IMG/VR virus record: IMGVR_UViG_3300031696_000001
Coordinates: 1 to 62,169 of that record
DNA: 62,169 nt
Strand: one strand, 5' to 3'
Source: a virus
Lineage: Duplodnaviria; Caudoviricetes
A program made the position numbers and the translations under genes. The notes under the pieces are model-generated. The model was given only the letters and a program-made list of their open reading frames with translations. It did no database searches and was not told the origin of the DNA. Each line of letters opens with the position of its first letter. Positions within the stretch are counted from its first letter, which is position 1. Shown here in pieces: positions 45,061 to 54,500 of this stretch.

Positions 45061-47586
45061 ATGTCAAATCCTTCGTGTAATAATCAAACTCAAGTATATT
45101 GGAACGGAACTTCTTTCTTTTCAGCTACTGCATTTTTTAGTGATTCTACTCTTACAACTCCATCACCTGACGGGTGGTATGCTTTTGGTGGTATGATTAG
45201 GCAAATTTTAAACGGTGTTTTATTAAGTGCTGTTCCTTGTGATTCATGTGTAATCCCTTGTGGTGATCCCTTTATGTTTAATGGTGGAGGAACTGGTAAG
45301 TATATAATTAATTTTGGTATGGGGCTTACTTCAGGTGCGGCTGTTATTACTTTTAATACTGGTATTAGTGAAACAACTTGGTTTCCTGTTCCAGATCAGT
45401 GCACATGGACTTATGACGGTGTTAGTGCTTCTGAATACAGCTCTTTAACAGGCGGTTATATGAAAGGACTTATCGGAGGTCCAGATGGAACTAACCCTAA
45501 TAACTCTGGACTTAAGTTTTGTCTTTACCAACAAAATCCTGCAGGGCTAACGACTGTAAACTTAGGTACTGGAGGATTACAGTCAGTTGGAGAGGAGTAC
45601 CCTTATGATATATCTTTAAATAATTTTCCTTCTTCTGGGCCTATAGTCAATTTAGGAAGTCAAGTTGGACCTATTGGATGGACAGGATTAACTAATAATG
45701 CAGGGGCATATCAATCTACATTATTAAATTGGAATTGCGCAGATAAAACAACAGTGAATTGCGGTGGTGGAAATAGTAGTGTAGGAGGAGTAAATACTGG
45801 TATGTTAGGCGTCCCTTCAAGTCCTTATAATGATAGCCTTCCTTTAGCTCCAAACTTACAATCATTTTCTCCAGGAGGAAATACTCAGTGGAATGCTCAA
45901 GGAAATGAAACACGTAATAGTGTAATGGTAGTACCATCTCCACCCAATACAACTTCTAATGTATTAACAATATCTATTGTTGGTCCTTGCTCCAGCACAT
46001 GGTGGGCAATTGATGTTAAATGTCCAGAGCCATTAACAAAAATACCATGCTCAACAACATTTGGTGATTTAGAAGAGCCTTCAATTGGGCAATTAAAAAC
46101 ACCGCTTGCGGATGTTTGTGCTTATCCATTAAACAGATTTATTTATCATGTTCCCGTAGATGCTTGGGGTAATGCTAACCCTAATTCTATTTATCATGTG
46201 CCTGGAGATCTTTTTCCTTTAGCCTCTAATTTTGATCCAATTACTGGCCTTCCTTTAGGTCAGCCAAAGGGAGTTTTAGGATTGGGAGATTGGGTGTTTG
46301 AAGATGAAAACGGAGTAACTCCTGTAGCTGTTGGTGTTTATAAAACTCAGTTTGATGCATTAGATGGTTTAGGTCTTCGTAGTTGGGCGGTACAAGTTGG
46401 ACCCAGAGAATATAAAGACATGGGTTTATCTAATGTAATAGGAGGATTAGTTGCATCGCCTCCTGAAGATTATGTTGATCAAGTTTGGGCTCCAGATTGG
46501 GCAGGAGGAATTACAGCTGCAGATGTGCAACTTACTGGAGCGAGAGTACCTGGCATAGTTAGATCAATTACTCCTTGTGATCCAATTGACTCTTTTGATT
46601 GTGATCCTACAACTGGAAATTGTTCGGATCCAGGTACAGGTTTAGGTCAGTACCTTACATTATCTGATTGTAATGCTAATTGTAATCCACCTCAATCTTG
46701 GGATTGTGTTGGAGGAAACTGTGTAGATCCAGGTACAGGTTTAGGCCAGTACTCTACATTATCTGCTTGTAATGCTGTTTGTAATCCTATAGCTCCTTGT
46801 AGTGGATCTTTTGCTACACCAATATTACCTGTAGGGCAATATAATATAGATATGGATGCAGGTTCAACAACGGGAGCAGTTATTATTCGTTTTGAGCCAT
46901 ACCAAGTTCCTGATAGATGCACATGGACGTATGATGGCGTTAGTGCATCGGAATATAGTTCTCCTACTGTTGGGTATCTACAAGGATTAATAGGGTCAGA
47001 GGATGGTGGTGGAGTAAATGGTTGTGGACAACCAAGTGGATCAAATCCAATGATTACAAATGCAGATGGTTCAGATGGAGTGCAGTTTGCTGGTACTATT
47101 TCAAATTGGGATCCTATTACAAGTACGTTTATTTCAACAGGGAGTTCAGTAAATATGGGTCCTTATACTAATCAGGCTGCTGGAGGCGTTACTCTTACAG
47201 CAGACGCTGCAGGGCCTGGATATAGTATGATGGTAGTACCAAAACCTAATGCAACTCCATCTTTAATGTCATTTCAGATGGATGGTCCTTGTGGTTCAAC
47301 TATATTTAATTTTGAAGCAAATTGCCCTGTTGAATTATCTTTAAAAAATCGTGGTGTTTTAGGCGGTATATGCCAAGCTTATACTACTGATTTTTATACA
47401 GCATCTCCACATACAACTGATGGATTAAGCCAATTCAATTTACAGGTTCATGACTGGGTGTTTGAAGATATAAACGGTGTAACTCCTTTACCTGCAGGTG
47501 ATTATCCTGCAAGATTCCCAGGAGGTCCACATAAAATAATGACGGTATCAAGTAATGGAGTTATAACTGCACTTGTAGGATGCTAA
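45061..47586 (+). CDS. Cys/Pro/Gly-rich virion appendage protein with internal duplications
   Basis: Duplicated VPDxCTWTYDGVSASEYSS domain; tandem CxDPGTGLGQYxTLSxCNAxC. Confidence 0.7.
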   Translation: MSNPSCNNQTQVYWNGTSFFSATAFFSDSTLTTPSPDGWYAFGGMIRQILNGVLLSAVPCDSCVIPCGDPFMFNGGGTGKYIINFGMGLTSGAAVITFNTGISETTWFPVPDQCTWTYDGVSASEYSSLTGGYMKGLIGGPDGTNPNNSGLKFCLYQQNPAGLTTVNLGTGGLQSVGEEYPYDISLNNFPSSGPIVNLGSQVGPIGWTGLTNNAGAYQSTLLNWNCADKTTVNCGGGNSSVGGVNTGMLGVPSSPYNDSLPLAPNLQSFSPGGNTQWNAQGNETRNSVMVVPSPPNTTSNVLTISIVGPCSSTWWAIDVKCPEPLTKIPCSTTFGDLEEPSIGQLKTPLADVCAYPLNRFIYHVPVDAWGNANPNSIYHVPGDLFPLASNFDPITGLPLGQPKGVLGLGDWVFEDENGVTPVAVGVYKTQFDALDGLGLRSWAVQVGPREYKDMGLSNVIGGLVASPPEDYVDQVWAPDWAGGITAADVQLTGARVPGIVRSITPCDPIDSFDCDPTTGNCSDPGTGLGQYLTLSDCNANCNPPQSWDCVGGNCVDPGTGLGQYSTLSACNAVCNPIAPCSGSFATPILPVGQYNIDMDAGSTTGAVIIRFEPYQVPDRCTWTYDGVSASEYSSPTVGYLQGLIGSEDGGGVNGCGQPSGSNPMITNADGSDGVQFAGTISNWDPITSTFISTGSSVNMGPYTNQAAGGVTLTADAAGPGYSMMVVPKPNATPSLMSFQMDGPCGSTIFNFEANCPVELSLKNRGVLGGICQAYTTDFYTASPHTTDGLSQFNLQVHDWVFEDINGVTPLPAGDYPARFPGGPHKIMTVSSNGVITALVGC

Positions 47587-47599
47587 TAAATAAATAAAT

Positions 47600-48439
47600 A
47601 TGCCAAAACAATATTATCCACCAACAACATTAACATATAGCCCTGACGTACAGGGGTGGCCATCCTTCTATTCTTACTTAGCAGATTACATGGTAGGTAT
47701 GAATGGGTTTTTTTATACATGGGCGGGAGGTCAATTATATAGACACAATACAAATGTATTGCGCAATAACTATTATGGAGTACAGTATAACTCTACAATA
47801 ACTTCTGTGTTTAATGAGGCTGCTATGACTATTAAATTATTTAAGACTATGTCTTATGAGTCTGATGATAAATGGGAATGTACTTCTTTGTTTACAGACT
47901 TAAGTCAAGGGTCAATGCTGTCTACTTATTTTGTACAAAAAGAAGGAGAGTGGTTTACATTTTTAAGAGAAAATGATGGATCAGTAAACTTTAAAGCAAG
48001 ATCATCAGCTGGTATAGGGACTATACTTAGTGCTACTGGACCTATAGGTGCTATTGTTGTGACGTTTGACTTAGATGATTTAGGAAGTATAATTAGTGTA
48101 GGAGATATAGCTTATCAAGTACTACCTTCCATAGTAGTTCCTACTCCTTTAAATCCATATCCTCCAGCTGGAGCTCCTACTTTGATAGGTCCTATTGATA
48201 ATATTGTTAGAAAAAAGACAACAAATATTGCTACAGGGGTAGTTACTCTACCATCTATTACTATAAATTCTGCAGGTGTTGTTCCACTTGTTGGAAACTT
48301 TTGTTTAGGACTAAAAAATTCAGTTGCAGAGTCTCATGGTGCAAGAGGATATTACTTACATTTTACACTTGAAAATACCAATACTGATACTGTTGAATTA
48401 TTTTCAGTCGGTAGTAGTGTAATGAAAAGTTTTCCGTAG
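47600..48439 (+). CDS. tail stabilisation/muzzle protein, C-terminal part
   Basis: TLTYS...GWPSFYSY...NNYYGVQY...KLFKT...KEGEWF...RGYY...ELFSVGS. Confidence 0.65.
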   Translation: MPKQYYPPTTLTYSPDVQGWPSFYSYLADYMVGMNGFFYTWAGGQLYRHNTNVLRNNYYGVQYNSTITSVFNEAAMTIKLFKTMSYESDDKWECTSLFTDLSQGSMLSTYFVQKEGEWFTFLRENDGSVNFKARSSAGIGTILSATGPIGAIVVTFDLDDLGSIISVGDIAYQVLPSIVVPTPLNPYPPAGAPTLIGPIDNIVRKKTTNIATGVVTLPSITINSAGVVPLVGNFCLGLKNSVAESHGARGYYLHFTLENTNTDTVELFSVGSSVMKSFP

Positions 48440-48447
48440 AATTTTAC

Positions 48448-48455
48448 TATCTTTG
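48448..48455 (+). promoter_or_regulatory. -7 box TATCTTTG, 5 nt before ATG
   Basis: Matches TAnnTTTG. Confidence 0.6.
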
Positions 48456-48460
48456 CATAA

Positions 48461-48871
48461 ATGAAATTAAATATACAACCACTAAAAAAAACAGACTATG
48501 AAGATATTCTGTGTGGTTGGTGGAGAGATTGGAAATGGACACCTCCTTCTAAAGACTTTTTACCTGAAGATGGGATGGGTGGTTTTATGGTTTATGATGG
48601 TGATATTCCAGTATGTGCAGGCTTTATGTATGTAACTAATTCAAAAGCAGTATGGTGTGACTGGATTATATCTAATAGATTTTATTTAGATAGACAAAAC
48701 AGGAAGGATGGCTTAGAATTATTAGTTCAAACTATAAGTGATAAGGCTGAAGGATTAGGAAAAAAATATATATATGCATTAATAAAAAATAAACCTTTAG
48801 TTAATGTATATAAAAAAGTAGGTTTTATTGAAGGGAGTACCTACACCCATGAAATGATTAAAAAAATATAA
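48461..48871 (+). CDS. GNAT-fold acetyltransferase-like protein
   Basis: PVCAGFMY...LVNVYKKVGF; precedes internal virion genes, as in many podoviruses. Confidence 0.65.
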   Translation: MKLNIQPLKKTDYEDILCGWWRDWKWTPPSKDFLPEDGMGGFMVYDGDIPVCAGFMYVTNSKAVWCDWIISNRFYLDRQNRKDGLELLVQTISDKAEGLGKKYIYALIKNKPLVNVYKKVGFIEGSTYTHEMIKKI

Positions 48872-48872
48872 T

Positions 48873-49562
48873 ATGGCAGCAGTAACAGCAGCAGTAATAG
48901 GAATAGTAGGTTCGGGAGTTTCAGCAGTGCAATCTTTTTCAGCAGCAGCCGATGCAAAAGAAGCATCTACTCAAGCAAATGAAGCAGCAGCAGAGGCAAT
49001 GGCAGACGCTAAACGAAAAGCAGAGAAAGATGAATACTCAGGATTAGCAATTCCCTTAGATGCCTATGAAGCAGAGTTTGAAAATAACTTACAAACTCAA
49101 ACTCAATCTGTAGAAGCTCTTCAAGAAGGTGATGCAAGAGGTTTAGCGGCAGGGGTTGGAGCAATAGGTGCTCAAGCTACAAATGCGGCAGAAGGAACAC
49201 GTATCGAAATGGGTGAGGAAATTTCAGACTTAAATATGATGAAGGCTCAATCTAAAGATTCTATAAACCAACAACTTATTGAGATGGATGTGGCTAATGC
49301 CAGGGAGCAAAACCAAAGAAGAGCAGATTCGGATGCATTTAGAGCACAAAGTATAAACTCTGGAATTAATTCTGTTACAAGTGGTTTACAATCAGCAGCG
49401 GATTTAGTTCCATTATATAAAAATAATAAAAATTTCCAGGCAGATAGTAAAACTTTTAAAAATGCAGATGGAACGCCTGCTAAATTAATGAGTGAAAGAC
49501 AAAATAAAAAAGATTTTAACTTTTACCAACAAGGAAAAACATTTGGGACTCCAATAAAATAA
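48873..49562 (+). CDS. internal virion (ejection) protein
   Basis: Ala/Gln-rich helical protein with hydrophobic N-terminus. Confidence 0.65.
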   Translation: MAAVTAAVIGIVGSGVSAVQSFSAAADAKEASTQANEAAAEAMADAKRKAEKDEYSGLAIPLDAYEAEFENNLQTQTQSVEALQEGDARGLAAGVGAIGAQATNAAEGTRIEMGEEISDLNMMKAQSKDSINQQLIEMDVANAREQNQRRADSDAFRAQSINSGINSVTSGLQSAADLVPLYKNNKNFQADSKTFKNADGTPAKLMSERQNKKDFNFYQQGKTFGTPIK

Positions 49563-49577
49563 TAATAAGATATAAAC

Positions 49578-51491
49578 ATGGCAATACCAAGTAAAAGAAA
49601 TATAGACTTTGATGTTTACGAAAGGCAAGACCCCACAACACAGGTAGATTGGGGTGCACAAGCTACTAAAATTACAAAAAAATTTGAAGGAATTCGTGAT
49701 GAAAGACAGGGGAGAAAAGATCTTTTAGAAAAAAACATTGAAGAGCAGAGGGTAGCTCTTAATGATATTGGTGAATATGATTCTCAAAACCTACGGCAAC
49801 TTGCTTTAAAATCATCTCAACAAAGTGCTGATATGCTTACCAGAAAGGCAGAATTAATGAGGAATGGTAAAATTAAACCTAATGAATTGATGCAATTTAA
49901 ATCTAATCAAAGTGCTGGTTGGACTCTATTTAAAAAAAATGCAGAAAATTGGAATGGAAAGTTTGTAGAATATACAGAAAGAATGAATGCCGTACCGCCT
50001 CTAAGTTCTAAGTTAGAACAGCAATTAGCTCAATCTTTAGCGGGGTTTGGTAATTTAGAAAATATGTCTTATCTTGCTGATGATGATGGTAATATGTCTT
50101 ATGTTAGAACAGATGAAGAGGGAAATATTCTTCCAGGGGAATCTATGAGTGCTAACGAACTAACAAACCTTTTAAATCAAAAGATTGATAACTACGATTC
50201 TGTAGCTGCAGCAAAGAAGGCGGGAGAGGAAATTGGTACTATAGTTAATGATACTCTTACTCAAAATGGTATAAGAGTTGATATTGAATCTTTACAAAAG
50301 AGTAAAGCAACGGCTGACTTTTTAGGATCAGAAGAAGCTGCAAAAGTATTAAGAACATTCGCTGAAACAATGACTGCAGTTCCTCAAAACTTAGCGGTTA
50401 TGATGACACAAAATGTTAAGATTCCTAATACTGATACAGTATATGAAGGAGATTATGGTGGAGAATTACATGATGCTTGGGCTAAAGAAAATTCTGGTAA
50501 GGATCAAAGCTTAAACCCTTATATAGCAATGAGGATGAAAAGCGGTACTTATGTACCAGATGTTACTAAAGAGCAAGAAGCTGTAGCTACCGAGTATGCT
50601 GAAGGTTTAATAAGATATACTCTTAACATTAAGAAAACTATAAAAACTTCGAACAGTCAGGTAAGAGGTAAAACTGGAGCTGAATATGAAGAAGAAAAGG
50701 ATAATAAAGAAATACGTAGTACAGGTGTTCTTTTAAATGAATATGTGACTGGGGATATAAATACAGCTAATGCTGCTGGTAATGCTATTGTATTAAAATA
50801 TAATAAAGAAAAAGATAAGGATTCTCCAGTTATGGAGAGCTTTAGAAGAGTAGATAGGAAAGCAACTCAATTGGATGTGGATAAAGGTTATGCTGATGAA
50901 GTAGGGCAGGATATTATAGGATCTTATGAAATAAAAATTAAGGATATGATTCTTGATCCACTGGATGCTTATGATGATGATGGCAACCAACTTAGTGTTG
51001 AAAATGCTATAACAACATTATGGAAAGAAGCAGGTTTAAAAGGTGAACCAACTGATTATTTGAATGATAAAGATAATGAAATCGGAGGGTCTTTAGGTTC
51101 TGGTAATGCTGGGGGTAAGGGTAAACGAAAGGAAAGTAAGTATAATCGAACTCCAGTAGATCCAGCAACGGGAGAAAGAATAGAAATGGAGGATTGGAAT
51201 ACTATAGCATCAAAACATAGCGGAAGAAAGATACGGCATCTAAAACTAAAATTTGACGATTTAATAGCCTCAAGAGGATTTCTGCCACCCGCTTTAAAAG
51301 ATTCTGTTAAATCAATAGAATCAGTGGATGGTCAATTAGTTATCACTATTGGGAAAAGTGAGATTAAAATAGATGATTATGAGAATGTAATAGGTAGTAA
51401 GAATAGGATTTTAATTCAAAAAATACAGGATACTATTGAAAAAGAAAATAAAAGATATAACAAAGGAGGTGGTGGAGGCGAATTAGATTAA
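49578..51491 (+). CDS. internal virion (cargo) protein
   Basis: 637 aa, helical, between the small and giant cargo genes. Confidence 0.6.
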   Translation: MAIPSKRNIDFDVYERQDPTTQVDWGAQATKITKKFEGIRDERQGRKDLLEKNIEEQRVALNDIGEYDSQNLRQLALKSSQQSADMLTRKAELMRNGKIKPNELMQFKSNQSAGWTLFKKNAENWNGKFVEYTERMNAVPPLSSKLEQQLAQSLAGFGNLENMSYLADDDGNMSYVRTDEEGNILPGESMSANELTNLLNQKIDNYDSVAAAKKAGEEIGTIVNDTLTQNGIRVDIESLQKSKATADFLGSEEAAKVLRTFAETMTAVPQNLAVMMTQNVKIPNTDTVYEGDYGGELHDAWAKENSGKDQSLNPYIAMRMKSGTYVPDVTKEQEAVATEYAEGLIRYTLNIKKTIKTSNSQVRGKTGAEYEEEKDNKEIRSTGVLLNEYVTGDINTANAAGNAIVLKYNKEKDKDSPVMESFRRVDRKATQLDVDKGYADEVGQDIIGSYEIKIKDMILDPLDAYDDDGNQLSVENAITTLWKEAGLKGEPTDYLNDKDNEIGGSLGSGNAGGKGKRKESKYNRTPVDPATGERIEMEDWNTIASKHSGRKIRHLKLKFDDLIASRGFLPPALKDSVKSIESVDGQLVITIGKSEIKIDDYENVIGSKNRILIQKIQDTIEKENKRYNKGGGGGELD

Positions 51492-51501
51492 ATAAATAAA
51501 T

Positions 51502-54500
51502 ATGGATAATTTAGAAAAATTATATAACGTTTTAAAAAGGGATGGGTTTATTACTAAATCTTTTGATGAATTCGTTGATCAAGCAACTCAGGATTCTGAC
51601 TATCAGGATAAAATATTTAATGTAGTAAGTCGTGAAGATTTGTTTACTGGAAGTCCAGATGAGTTTTCAAAAAAATATTTTTCAGAACTTGCTACATCTC
51701 CTGTTGAAGAGGTAAAAAAAAAAGACGATTCTCAACCTACTGGGGAAGAGGAAGTTATGGTATCCGATACAGAAGTGGTGGACGAGCGTGGATCATCGGA
51801 GCCTTCTGTTCAGATAAATTCTGAAGAAGAAATTGTTGATCCTGAAACTTTAGGTGAAATAGAACAAATTCAAGAAGTTCCAAATAGATTTGGAGCGGAC
51901 ACTCCCAAAGAAGAGATGTTTCTACATGATGATGAAATTGCTATTGGCGTTCAGCCAGGTGAGGAAGATACTACTATTGAAGAAATATTTGGTAAAAATG
52001 AATTCACTGATTTCTTTGGTGATATGTGGAGAGCTGGAGCTCAAGGGCAAGCTCAAGGAGGGACTGTAGATGAATCATTAGAACTTTTAATGAAAGGAGG
52101 AAATGCTTCTCAGAATGATATAGAAGAATTCTTAATTTCATATCAAGCAATGCAAAGGGCTGGTGTATCTGATGAAATGAATGCCTTCAATAAAATATAC
52201 CAAAAAGATGGCGGAGGTATATTAGGTTTTATAAAAGGAGTTGCCGCTAACCCAACCGTTGTACCTCAATTATTTATCTCATCTGTAAGTGCTATGGTAA
52301 ACCCTACTGTACTTGCAGCGGCTACAGCAGGTGCTGTAGCGGGTAGTGTTATTCCAGGAGCGGGTACTATAGCTGGTGGAATGTTTGCAGCAGGTACTAC
52401 ATTAGAAACAGCCCTTACATTTGGTGAGCTTTTAGAGGAGGCTCTTGATGGTGAGCCAATGACAAACGCTAACATTCGTTCTGTACTTGAAGATGCTGAA
52501 AAAATGAGTAGTATAAGAATGAAAGCACTGGGGCGTGGTTTAGCTATTGGTGCTATTGATGGTTTAACAGGTGGTCTTGCAACTAAGTTAACTACAAGTG
52601 TTGCTAAGGCTACATCAAAAGCTGGTAAAACTGTATCTCGATTAACAGCTGCAACAGCTGGCGGTACACTTGAGGCTGTAGGTGGATCAACAGGTGAAGT
52701 TGTTGGTAGATTAGTTGCGGGTCAAGAAATGGATGTTGCTGAAATATTATTTGAAGGTGTTGCTGGTACTGCTACAGCTCCGATTACTGTAGGTGCTGGA
52801 TTACTTAATGCTGCAAGAAAACCTCCCGTTTATGAAATGAATAAAGGCCCTGCTACAAGAGCAGATATAATAGAGCTTTTAGAAAGTGATGATACTGATG
52901 CTATATTAGATGCTGAAGTTAGTGTTGAAAATGATCCTGAATTAAGTAAACAAGTTGAGGCTGCTAAGAAAAAAATATTAGATAAAAAAGTTTTAAATAG
53001 AGATTTAAAAGATGCTGGTATTACAGATCAAAATGCTATAGATGAAATGACTGCTTTAGAAGAAGAGGCAGAAGCTTTAAAGGGAAATAATACAAGAGCA
53101 GGGAAGAGAAGATTAGCTGAAATTAATCAACGTATTGATGATATACTTGATACGGCAGCAGTAGAACAAGAGGTTGAGGTTACAATCGAAGATAAAGTAA
53201 CTACAGAGTCTGAAAGATTAGCGGCATTAGAAGAAACTTTAGAGGGTAAAGATTTAGAAGTATTGCAACTGATGAGGGATAAAAATAAGAGTCAGGATAT
53301 GATTGATAATCATATTAAAAATAAAGCTAAAAATACTGGTAAAGGAAATCAACTATCAACAAAATTTAAAGCCGAAGACACATTACTAAATCCTGAAGGA
53401 AAATCATTTGCTGAATTAGTATCAGCTTATTCTTTAATATTTGAAGGTAAAAACCTACCAGTAAAAACAATACAAGATATATTAGCGGATACTCCTGATT
53501 TAAGAGATTTAAATTTAGGAAATACTAATAGGTTTTATCCTCTTCAACAAGCTATTCTAAATTTTGAATCTTATCAAAATAAAAAAAATAACCAAAAAAC
53601 TAAACAAGATGCCATTCAAGAGGTAAGCGTAGAAGAACAAGAGGTTGAAATACAAAAAGAGAGGGATGATTATGAAAAAAAATATTTTACCCTTGATGAA
53701 GAAAATCAAAAAAATAAAGATAAAGGAGAGACTTATTCATACTCTGCAGAAAACCTTAACGAAGGATTTACTTTAGAAGAAGCTCAGGAAGCAAAAAGGG
53801 TAATGGAAGCTAAACATGATAATTTATTAAAAACTAAAACTGAACAAAATGCCATTCAAGAGTCAAGCACAGAGAGCGTGGATGTACAAGAACCTACCGA
53901 AAGTAGCACAGAAGTGGGAGACGGAAACACCCAAAGGAACGCTACCCAAGAAAGTATCGAGAGTGAAGCAGATACTGAAACGCAATCGCAAGAGGAAGTA
54001 GAAACGGTTACTGAAAATAGTGATGGAACTTTAAGTATACCTAATCCAAAAACAGGAAAGGTTGCTAAGTTAAAAGGTAAAAAGATAGGGGAAACATCAA
54101 ATCTTTATATTTCAGATATGATATCTGAAAACATAGATCCTTCATATGAAGGTAATACAGAAGCTAAAACTAAGCAAGAGAATTATATAACAAAAATTGC
54201 AATTAAAGCAGCTAAATCTATTGCTAAGTTATTGCCTAATACAAATATAATATTACATAGTACAGAGGCTTCATATAATAAGGGAGCTGGTCAAGTATCT
54301 CAAATATATACAAGAAAAAAGGGATCACGTGGGGTTTTTAAGCCAACCACAAACGATATTCATATTAATATGACTCATGCTAATGCCAAGACAATAGCAC
54401 ATGAAATATTTCATGCTTTACTTTATAATAAGTTTAAGAGTGATGAGAGGATAGGTATTGTTACTTATAAAATGGTTGAGTCTATTAAGAAAAAAATTAC

